Part shown: positions 48,113 through 58,559 of the stretch, one piece after another
Layout of the letters: each line of letters starts with the position of its first letter
Position numbering within the stretch: the stretch's first letter is position 1
Origin: Halocafeteria seosinensis
Lineage: Eukaryota
Reading direction: 5' to 3'
Assembly: GCA_001687465.1 (NCBI GenBank)
Contig: LVLI01000228.1
Span: 1-64,000 of the forward strand
DNA: 64,000 nt
The notes under the pieces: model-generated
Database searches by the model: none
Told to the model about the DNA's origin: nothing
Seen by the model: only the letters and a program-made list of their open reading frames with translations
Position numbers and translations under genes: made by a program

Positions 48113-49858
48113 TCAGGCAAAATTATACCACTGACTGAATACAGACAACATCAGTGAAAGGAAGACCGCTGGAGGGAGCGGTCTAATGCTGCTTGCTTTC
48201 GCCGGACTTGGATCCAGCGTACTCACGGGCGAAGGAGATAATCCTGGAGACTGCCCCATTTCGGTGACCGTTGCTGTGGGTTCCAGAGAACATGAAGCAG
48301 AAGGAGAAGGGTTGCTTTCCTCGTCTGGTGAACCAGGTGTCATCGTGGGAGATGCTCTTGTAGTCGGAGACGCATTCGACTTAGAAGTTGCCAACGGAGA
48401 CGCCTGACCTCCCTCCGTACACAATGTTCTGGTTGGTCCGTGACCGATAGCGAAAGACTGTCGGTTATGGCGCAACTCGGGGAAGCTACCGGGAGAAGGA
48501 ACAACCCATACGTCGTCCGGCCAAGAAAACTGTGGTGTCTGATACACCTTGCCCAATATATCAGAAAGATCGCCCGAATTTCCCCTTAAAGCGAGGCTGT
48601 TGTGGTTCGATCCGTGTTGGACTATGGTCTCTTTCCCAGTCTTCCCACTGGAGGTACTATGTACTGAGTACTCTACATGTACCACGTCAGCATCGCCGCT
48701 AAACTCCCCGGAGAAAATTCCGCCAATCATAAATGTGTTGCACGTGGACAACATGTATACATTGGATATCACTACCCTTCCGTTATTTCGACCTGTCAAC
48801 GCGCCACAGATCCCTCCAGCACGCTTAACGGTGAAATTGAAGATATCTAGAGTGGCGGCGGCAACCTCTGTGTCTCTGACAACATTACCAGTGGTGTACG
48901 AGTTTCGTATTTCAAGAGCACCTCCGTTGGCAGCTCCCCCACCAGCGATACCGCCGGCTGTGGCATTGACAACATCCCCAATTGTATAGCACTCAGAAAT
49001 GACAAGCTCACCACCTCCGGCAGCGGAGCTTCCCACGATCCCCGCACCAGAAACCGCGTAAATAGTTCCTAAGGCGTAGCAGCGGGTAATATTGACCTGG
49101 GAAGAAAATCGCTCGTCAGAGATTTCTGCTGCTGCAAACGCTCCACAGACACCTCCGGCTCCCGGACCTTCAATGTTCCCTTCTGAGTACGAGTCAGTTA
49201 TTCTGACTTGCCCGCTGCCAGCACCAGCCCAAGCGCCAATGACGCCACCGGCTGTTGTACCAGCAATTGCGCCTGTAGAGTAGGAATTCTGGACAACGAC
49301 ATGGCCACCCTCGTATCCAGTGACATATAGGGCGCTACCTAGGATACCGCCGCTTTCGGCCCCAGCGATACCCCCACTATCATTCCCTGCGACAGTACCG
49401 GTAGAACTACATTGGTTTACCTTGAAGAATCGCTGCTTAAAACGGATAATGAACCCGGCTGAGGTATTTGTTGCTCCGTTTACAGTGTGTACATTCCTAA
49501 TTTCAGGACTCTCTTGGAACGTCTCGACACTGTCATGTACTGCGAATAACCCTTCAAACGCGTCCATTCCATCCAGATCAATAGTAAAATCTTGTCCGTC
49601 GTACACTTCATTTGGTTCCAAGATAATGTGATCCGTATTCCCGTAGCCTGTCTCCCTCCAATTAATGTCGCATGTCTGGAGAAGCTTCTTGTTGTCGGGA
49701 TCCTCCTGAATGCACTCCTCATTTTCCCGAAGGTCCTTGCTATTCACAAAGACTGCATGCATGAAAGTGGCCACGAAAGCCAACAAGATGGTTAGGGGCA
49801 AATGCTGAGAAAATGTTTTCATCTTGCGTAATCTGCGAACAAAGGAGCCAGTGTTCAT
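48113..49858 (-). CDS. GLUG-motif repeat surface protein, probably GPI-anchored, intronless
   Basis: Signal peptide, repeated (S/C)Y(S/T).G.(I/V)....AGG..G units, an S/P/T stalk and a C-terminal hydrophobic tail. Paralogous to 35963-37648. Confidence 0.85.
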   Translation of the reverse strand: MNTGSFVRRLRKMKTFSQHLPLTILLAFVATFMHAVFVNSKDLRENEECIQEDPDNKKLLQTCDINWRETGYGNTDHIILEPNEVYDGQDFTIDLDGMDAFEGLFAVHDSVETFQESPEIRNVHTVNGATNTSAGFIIRFKQRFFKVNQCSSTGTVAGNDSGGIAGAESGGILGSALYVTGYEGGHVVVQNSYSTGAIAGTTAGGVIGAWAGAGSGQVRITDSYSEGNIEGPGAGGVCGAFAAAEISDERFSSQVNITRCYALGTIYAVSGAGIVGSSAAGGGELVISECYTIGDVVNATAGGIAGGGAANGGALEIRNSYTTGNVVRDTEVAAATLDIFNFTVKRAGGICGALTGRNNGRVVISNVYMLSTCNTFMIGGIFSGEFSGDADVVHVEYSVHSTSSGKTGKETIVQHGSNHNSLALRGNSGDLSDILGKVYQTPQFSWPDDVWVVPSPGSFPELRHNRQSFAIGHGPTRTLCTEGGQASPLATSKSNASPTTRASPTMTPGSPDEESNPSPSASCSLEPTATVTEMGQSPGLSPSPVSTLDPSPAKASSIRPLPPAVFLSLMLSVFSQWYNFA

Positions 49859-52800
49859 GAGTCGTCCTGGTCACAACATTCAACTCCGCAGTCCGCACCA
49901 GCTCATACTCCCACCGCGGGCAGAACGAAGCCCATCGTTGTCTAGGAAGTTAACACAAAGGCGTCGTGTGCCTATTGAGACAAATTAGAGTCCACGTGGG
50001 AGTTGTCAGGACGACGGTATTACTTACCATTGGTAAGTTACCAACCGCGCTTTGCCTCTGGGACTCTCGTACAAGACTTTTCCACCTGTTTGTTCTTCCA
50101 GTGTTCTTTGCCAAATTTCCTCCAAGGCTCCCTTTGTGGACGGGGAGAGAACGAAATTCAATTATGTAAGCACCGTTGATATCTCAACAACAACTTTTGC
50201 TGGAAGTTTTCTTCGCTCGGTAGTCAACACGAGTCTGCGTATGGTATGGAAGCTGTTCGAAAGAGCTGTTGAAAAGGCACTAGCAAACTCTGCTTTTCTG
50301 GCAGGGGATAGTTGCTGATGAATATTCTGGGACCTCGTGACTATGCTGTTTATCCACCGAAGGACCGTTTTCTCACAGATTCAGTGGTTTACGGCGGTGT
50401 GGGCCTCCGTGTTTTCCCCCTTCAAACCCCTTTCGAAGTTCCCCACCAGAACAGGGACTGAAAATCGCTTACGTGTATGACGTCGAGTCTATACTGGACT
50501 GCACACAGTGTTCGCGCAAGGTAAACGTAACTTTGGAGCTCTGTTACTTATAAGTCTCTCTCAACACAAACGCCGAATCGTATTCTATGCATTGAATTCT
50601 ACCTTCCCTCTAGTCGTAAGAGGCTCGGAGGCTGAACAGCCTGTCACCGGTCGTGCGGGAGTCAAGTACGGTCACTGAGTCACTGACCGACGTTCGTAAT
50701 GTTGCAAACCGCGACGCCAATTCATCAAGGTTGAAACTTCCACTACTAGAACTCGGCCCCGGACCACGTGTTGCAACCACAGAGCTAAACGATACAAGAC
50801 AACAACATTGTTGTGTGTGCATGGTGAAGGAAGTACGAAACCACAGCAGCATCTCCTACTGTGTAGGCATATCTACCTCTGTCTTCCAACATTTGTTCTA
50901 ATGCTTACGCACCTGTTGCTGCAAAGGGTGTACGCATGTTTCACGCTACAGATACCAATATACTGACCTGGTTAGGACAAGCTTGCTTACCTAAGAGGGC
51001 ATTGGGAGCCTTGAAAATTGTGAAATCCGGATCAGAGGATCCATTGTCAATTCAGGAAGCCCCTCATCGACACCCGAAGCACGCCTTCTGTCATTACCGT
51101 CGCAAGCCTCCTCGCGAAATGGGTTCACATCATACCCTAACATCTTTGACAAATAGTCGAGTAATTTATCTGATATTTTGCTGAATTCATTGGTCCCCGT
51201 TTAACTGCAGTTCCGCCTGATACCTCTCCAGTCAATATTGGGTATTTGATGTATTCGACGGATCGAGCACAGTAGTCCTCCACGGCGAGCGCGATGCTCT
51301 AATTATCTTCCAAGCTTCTCGTGAAACGCCTTGCCGACCTTCTACGGGATTCATACCCAATAGCGGAAACAATGGAATTCCAAAAGGCAGGTCGTTCGCG
51401 AGTCATCCTAGCACTGTTTCTCCCCAGGCTCCACTTGCTTCTAATACAACACTACTTTGAAGATCTATAGAGCCCAAGAAAGAATATAGACTGGAATACA
51501 ACCGAAGACTGTCGTTTTGAGGATCACCGGCTACTAGATGAGCTCTTATCAGCTCATTCCGTCTCCGCTTGATACCTCTGAATTTCTCACGCTCTGGAAG
51601 GATTAGCCAGTCAATTCCTCATCTGCTCTTTTGCATGTAGAGAAATGTAGGCTCGGTGGCAAGCAAACCTCCAAATCAGTTTTTCCATATAGACAGAGCG
51701 CTTGTGGGACGTTAACGGATCACAGAGGTAAGGACGAGTGTTCAAAGTGATCAACAATCAACGTGCAAAGCGGTGTCACGCTTGGGACTATACCGCAGGT
51801 TCACCTCAGAAGAGCGAGATAAGCAGAACACACACCAGTTAGGTGTTCTCAAACGAAGTCACCTCCTCGTCGTTTTAGTGGAGTCTTTCTCTTAAAGTTG
51901 TCTCCCTTATCATTTCTCTGGATTGAAGATTGCACCCCTTTGTTTTTTCAGTTTGTACTCCTCCGGAAAGTCCAGAGGGCTGATCCAGATTGCCCTGCGG
52001 ACAATGCTGGAGTACAAATGGCTGTGGTTGCCCACAATGCCTTGTTCCATCTTTAATTCAAAGATCGCGAATCCATGTCCAGAGCGCTGCAACAATTTAG
52101 AAACAATCCTCTCTTCGTTGTCCTGAAACCATTTCTCCCATGTTCGAGTGTGTATCGTTCCTGTGCAACTGGTTCTGCGAAGTCCCCATTTCCACACCCA
52201 CTGCCATCAGTTGGAGGGGGAGCTGGATGTCGCCTCAGGGCTTCCCAAAACAACTTACGCTTCGTCATAGTATCATGCCATCTTGATACCCTTGCGTTTC
52301 TCTGCCAACAGCCGCGCGAATTCCCATGCTCTCTCCCACCAGGGATAGCAAGTGACCAATCAAGAGGATGCTTCACCCCGCAGGGCCGATAGAACTAAGT
52401 CTCAGGAAGCCGCAACCTGCGAAGAGGAAGAGAATGTTCCTCTGTACGGAAAAGACGGGCATATGGTGTATACGGTAAATGCCGGACGAGTGTGGACTGG
52501 CTGACACTCTACGATATCCCTAGTATTTTGAGAGACGATTTGCTGAATTTCTATCTTGACGGGCTAGGTCCGCATGCGCTTTCCAAAGAACGTTTTCCTT
52601 GCAAAGCGTTTATCCACACAACCTGTAGGATGACGTTCCCCCGAAAAGGCGACAGATGACCGCGGGGAGCTCAGGAGAAGCCACACCGGGGACGACCTGC
52701 GTGGAAACCGCCACCATTCCAGAACTTCTTGAGGTGCTGACATGTGTGCCTATGAATAAAAGATACGACAGAATGCTGCCAACAGTACCCGGCTAATAGT

Positions 52801-53068
52801 TCGGTCCCCGGGGTACAACTGTGAATTTACCAAACTGACCTGCATCGGTTTTCCCTCGGATTTCATATCAACATATGCAGCGATAAGATAGTGCTTCAGC
52901 CTGCCTTCAGTTCATTCCGACGCCGGACCATCATGTGAGCCATGGAATAAACTACCAAATCAGTCTAGATGCAGACGTGAAAGTATCCGCAGGCAGCGCA
53001 CGATAGGTAGCCGATAGTGACGGTATTCGTTCTCAGTTGAAAGTAACCCCTCATACTTTTGAGTCAGA

Positions 53069-54788
53069 TTAGTGCTTGCGCTGGAGAAGCGCAAGAAAGA
53101 ATCCGCTCGCAGAATCCGTATATGGGTCAACGCGAACCATTTTCGTGGTGTCATCCTCAGGAAGCGCGGAAGCCCGGCTTCCGCGACGATGCCATTTAGG
53201 CAAGACTGTCGAAATCCCCCAGTCTGGAAAAGAGCGTAACACCGAGGCAACGACGTCTTCGTTCTCCTCTTGATGCAAGGAGCATGTTGAATATAGGACC
53301 TGCTGAACTGAGGGAAATCTCATGGCATGGGAAAGAATCTTTTCCTGAATTCTGGCAAGGTGATTTATTCTTTCGTTTGAGACAGTCACGTGGGTTTCTT
53401 CATTTTCATCAACCAATGACTGTGACGACCGCAAATGTCCTCCTTTTCTTGTTTTCTTGCCCTTGTCCCGCCGTTTAAAGATCATAGAGGTTGTGCAATC
53501 GTCGTCTCGAAGGCTGTCGAGAACGAAATCCAAACGGTGTACCATTCCACTGCCGCTACATGAAGGGTCCACAACCATTAGTTTTGTCCGCGTGAATCGA
53601 CTGTCATCATGCTGGAGCGCGAGAAAATCGGCATGAACAACATCGACCATAGAAGCTTCAGCAGTTCGGAGACGTTCGGTTAGCAGCTGTGAACGCTTAT
53701 AGTCTTTCTCACAAGCCCATATATGTCCTTTGAAGCTAGTCGTTTGCGTTAATAGTGACGCGAGATGAGACGTCTTGTTTCCAGGTGCAGCGCAAGCATC
53801 TGTAATGTCGAATGAGGAGGGCGTTAACGCTTCGATTGTCTCCCGGGCCGCTGTTGCAGGCAGACACGACGATTTGTCCTGAAGGATTAGGGAGCCGTTG
53901 GCCACCCATGGATGCATGGCTACTTGCTCGTTGGTACTTCCCGGTAGAACCAGTAAATCAGGAACTAGTTCATCAATCTTTATGTCCTCCTCCGCCATTC
54001 CTTGGATAGTGTTTCGAAGCTCGGTTATTGCGTCTTGCATTGTGCATTTGAGCAAGTTGACCCTGACATAACGAGGTAGTTTGATTAAACTCTGCAACGG
54101 TGCAGGTAGTAATTCAACATTCTCCGATACCCCTTTCTCTTGCTTCATTGCGTTTAATGACTTCTGGAGGGCACCATCATACTGCAGAATCAACCGCTTT
54201 AGTGTTCCTCCACCCTGCAAGTTAACAGTCCGGCATGCAATGTTGCAATGCTGGCTTTTCTTTATCGGTCAGAAAAAGATGTCTCACCTTGATTCCGTTC
54301 CCGAATAGATGTTCGTAGAGCATCAAACATAGCATCGCGGCATCTACCGTAACTTCGTCCTTGTTGTTCCCAGAGTCTCGCTTCCGTTTGTGTGCTTTGG
54401 AGCGCCCGGTATGTGAACCAGACTCCTCCCTATTCAGCTGCAGCCGAGCATACGTACGTACCCAACGTGCTCGAACCCGGTTTTCCCCCCGGTTGAATGG
54501 AATGACCTGCACTTACATGCTTGTCCATTCCACAGGCGAAGATGAGGTCTTCCAGGATGGGGCGGTACTTGAGCGATTCACACACCAGAGCATAGAGTTT
54601 CTTCTGCACCATTCATTCATTCCATGCCATGCCACAATACTGGTTTGAGATTCTACTTATCATTTTGCGTCAAACGTCTGCCGTACCTTGTTTTTGGCTT
54701 GACTGGAGTAGATGATGTCCTTAAGACCCCTCTGCCCCGTCACTACCTGCCGGAAGGCTTTGGCTCCTTCCTGGTACACACGACTCAT
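53069..54788 (-). CDS. NSUN5: 25S/28S rRNA cytosine-C5 methyltransferase NSUN5/Rcm1, 4 exons
   Basis: YALVCESLKY, LYEHLFG..IKGGG, LPRYVRVN, LQDKSSC, DACAAPGNKTSH, VDPSCSGSG, YSTCS...ENE and GFFLA. Confidence 0.92.
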
Positions 54789-55346
54789 CCTCCACGCACT
54801 ACAGTTGTACAACAGTATGTGGATACCGAGGGTTGTACAGCACAACAACACTTATAGCTATGCTCGTATGTGTATATGTATGCATGTATGGTATCCTGCA
54901 GCCTCAACAGACTTTCTGATTTCGAGAGCACCTTGTACGTGGTGTATCAGTGCCACACGCGTGTATCAGTCCACCTACTGTGTTGTATAGCATCGTCTAT
55001 GGACCTCCATGGGCCAAGGCCGCCCTTGAAGGCAGGGAGGGGAGTAATGTGAAGGTCAGTCCTTCACAGGCTGAATCAGAGCTTCAACCACGTGCATACC
55101 ATACCATATGGTAGGTAATGAAGCACCCCATGCCCATGTGTCTTGTCTTAGTATTGGATCATCACGACCCGTACGTACCGTACGTTGATTTTGTTCAGTA
55201 GGTCAGTCTGTTGTGTTGTTTGTGTGTGTGTATATCTGCACGCACTCCTACATCTACCCCCGCCCACCCACTATACCGGTACCAGGTAGTGCTGGTTTTC
55301 TTTTTCTTTCGAGTCCAATTCCTCAAGTACGGCTGCACGCCGCCAG

Positions 55347-57035
55347 ATGGGCGCATCGCACAGCGTGTCCAAAGGGAAAGACGATAGCAGTATTCGGGAC
55401 GGGAATAGTAGCAATAATAATAATAATAGTAGCTCGTGTGTGGGTTCAGAACGAAGGGTAAGTGCCTCCATCATTTGACTGATTCTCATATCGTGTAGTA
55501 TACATGCTGATCTGAGCTGTCTACGCGCACTCCGAAATGCAGGCTCCGCGAGCTCCGTTGCTCTCGAACGACAGGAATCTCCCTTTCGACGACCTCAACA
55601 TGAGCGGGGATTATGTCGTGATTGGCACATCGGAAACAAGCACGCAGGCACAAACTTCAGACACCACCAGAAGTGATGGACGTATAGGATGGATTAGCTC
55701 CGACAGTGTGGCATACATTCCAGCGGGGCAGAGTCCGACTATCTTCGGCGCGAGCGCGAGCGCGAGTACGAGCACGAGCACGCAGCAGCAGCCACCACAT
55801 CACCAACAATGTGATATTTACGAAGCAGTGGCAACAGCAAATGTGCGCCAAATTCGCTACATATTAGGGAATGGAATTGACGTAGATGTGCACACACCGG
55901 ATGTAAGTTGGTTTGTCCATTCCGTTTAAATTTCTAACACTGTGTATACTGGTATCGGCTCTTCCAGGATGGCTACACTCCTTTGCATGAAGCCTGTTCT
56001 CGGGGGCACAAGGAGATCGTAGAGCTTCTTATCAGTGAATACAATGCGAGCCCCGAGTTAGCGAACAATGTAAGTATTCTCTCTTTACCTCCAGCTGCCA
56101 AAATTTGTTTTTGGTACACAAGGCAATGGGTTCCTGCAGGAGGGCATCACACCTTTGCATTGCGCCATCATTGGGCGACATGCCTCTGTGGGCGATCTAT
56201 TACTAAACACTTACAGAGTATCTCCTAATGTGCAAACCAAGGTAAAGGTACTCGAAGCAACCCCATGTTGGATGTCATGTAACCATTTCTGTGAATAATC
56301 TCCATGCAGGAGGGTTACACGCCTTTGCACTATGCTGCATTTTTGGGAGACTTGACATGCGCATTGCTTCTTGTGGAAGCAGGTGCTCGAACAAATATAG
56401 AGGACAATGTACGTACTATTAGCCACTTCTCGAGATCTTCAGTTCATGATTGCCCATCTGGTTCCTTGCAGGAGGGCCATTCCCCTCTGCAAGTCGCGCG
56501 GTCCGAGTCGCAAGATGATATCAAAAACTTCCTTGAAGAGTGTACAGGGACCACAACTGGTGACAATGCATTCACTGTCGAACAATCCGGGGATCGCTCA
56601 AGTTCGGATGACTCTTACGTTCCGGAAATTTTTGATGGAGCAGGTGAAGGCATCGCTGTCTCTGGGGATGCAACAATCACGGATAATGAGTCCAAAATTC
56701 GGGAAGCCGATAATGATGAGGGCCTGGAGCATTTGCCTGAGTTGGAAAGGAAGATAGCAAAGTTACAGCGAGCGGGTTGTGATTTTGAGTCCGATTTTCC
56801 GCCGTCTTGTATATGCCCTATCACATATGGTTTAATGACGGAACCTGTTGTAACGGCGGATGGATACACCTACGAGAAGTCTGCTATAGAAGATTGGCTA
56901 AAGCAGAGTAGCCGAAGTCCTCAGACCAATGAGGAACTCCAGCACAAGAATACTATTCCTAACCGGAACATGAAGGCAGACATTGCAGAACGTGTCGATC
57001 AGAAGATGAGGGAGTTGGGAATGAGTACTCGCTGA
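55347..57035 (+). CDS. Ankyrin-repeat + U-box E3 ubiquitin ligase with an N-myristoylation motif, multi-exon
   Basis: First exon MGASHS... joins in frame via intron 55458-55542. GYTPLHEAC, GITPLHCA, GYTPLHYAA and GHSPLQVA are ankyrin repeats. CPITYGLMTEPVVTADGYTYEKSAIEDW...SPQTN...PN is a U-box. Confidence 0.9.
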
Positions 57036-57890
57036 GCAAGGCCCTAAGCTAAACGATACCGTCGAAGACATGCGCAGCAAATCCAGAACTCAACTCAGGA
57101 AGCTTTGTAGCTTTATTTCTCTTTCTAATTAATGTTCTAAAGACGTTTGGGCCTCAAGAATAGCTCGAAATAGGCAGAGATGAATCCGAGACTGAACTTC
57201 AGAGCGGCTTGTATATAGGCTGAGTGTTAACTCAAAAATACGTTATTTGAGTTATTCAAAAGCAAAGCTCGTTAGTTTTTCCTGATACATGTGTATAAAT
57301 CTTGTGTTGCATCCCGTATATAGCCCCAAATGCCGCAGTAATTTAAGATACCGCACTTCTGATATGAGGTGTGGAGCCAGGTGCGGAGACTGGGCAGCAC
57401 AATTTCGAAAAGTCTGTCGCACTCGATTTCATAGCCCACGATGAAGTATCCATACTCAGTCTTCATGTTCTGGCTCTTTATTTCAATTATAGTTATTTAA
57501 GCTTTAAAAGTGTTTATATATTGAGCCACGAGCTCATGGTAAAGGCCGAGATCTTTTGGTTGCGCGCGCCTTGACAAACTTCTGCTTTGGTGTGGTAATA
57601 TTTTTGCAGAATCCGGTTTCCACTACTGCCAAACAAATGTAGGTATTTGCTTCGTGACACTCGTTGCCCAATTTTTTACATGCGAGCCAATGTTAACCTC
57701 TACAGCGAAGCACTTTCGTTTCAAAGAGGAATACATTTCAAAGACGATGGTCTTGACGAATTTACCTGGGATGAGGACGACGCCATATACTGGTACTGTA
57801 ACAGTCAAGGCTCATATACAGTACTTTCCACTTTCCTCGAACGCCATTGCTCCTATATACGTTCCCCGGGAAGCATTCTGGAGCAATGCC

Positions 57891-57966
57891 TGCTTAACAC
57901 GGGCGCATACCGCTCCTCGTTAAGAGGATGTGGTCAACTTCCCGGCCGGTGGGCTATCTGTCACAT
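57891..57966 (+). repeat. Dispersed repeat, copy 2 (longer)
   Basis: Matches 9102-9156 with an extra 21 nt (aagaggatgtggtcaacttcc). Confidence 0.9.
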
Positions 57967-58460
57967 TTGTGTGTGTGCCCTAAAAAAGGCTTGTGTATTC
58001 GCTTCTGTGTTGAAGGGCGCTCTTCCGAATGTAAGATTCAGATACGTAATGGTCTGCAAACAAGCTTCTTTCTTGTGTTTAAACATGCTTCACCCATTTG
58101 AGTACTGTAATGCCTCGTGACCTGCAGGACTCATTCACATAGCCAAACCGTGATGCAGTACAGTACGAACATAAAGTTGACCTAACGAGGAGCGGTACAT
58201 GCGCCCGTCTGTGAGTTTCTACACAGTACACGTGCACACGATTCCTTAATGGCTCCATGTGAAGAGAAATGGTAATATTGTCCAAGGCTAGGAGGCTGTA
58301 GTCGGAGCACATCGTAGCCAGCAGTCTCACGTGCGCATGCGCATGCGGAACTTGTTGCATCCATTCAGTCCTGGATTCCACTTCCAAGCATGCAGGCATG
58401 CAGCAGCATACACAAAATTCAAGTGAATTGAATTGGCATTGTAATGCATACATCCACAGG

Positions 58461-58495
58461 ATTGATTGGTGAGCATAGCTAGGCTCATTCATTGC
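58461..58495 (+). promoter_or_regulatory. Putative core promoter: reverse CCAAT box plus oomycete-type initiator (GCTCATTC)
   Basis: attgattgg followed by gctcattc at 58483-58490, about 70 nt upstream of ATG 58560. Confidence 0.35.
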
Positions 58496-58559
58496 TCTCG
58501 TTCCAGGTATTGTATAGAAGCAGCCGACCCATCCATCCATCCATCCAGGAGCATCGACG

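Noticed and set aside
51910..52197. Resemblance of DFPEEYKLKKQRGAIFNP to Polinton-associated PolB accessory regions
   Set aside because: The expected downstream N.D..CF.W motif is absent, so the similarity is too weak.
57272..58120. ORFs such as 57647-58120 as a real gene
   Set aside because: No recognisable family, and the ORF runs through the dispersed repeat; it is probably debris.
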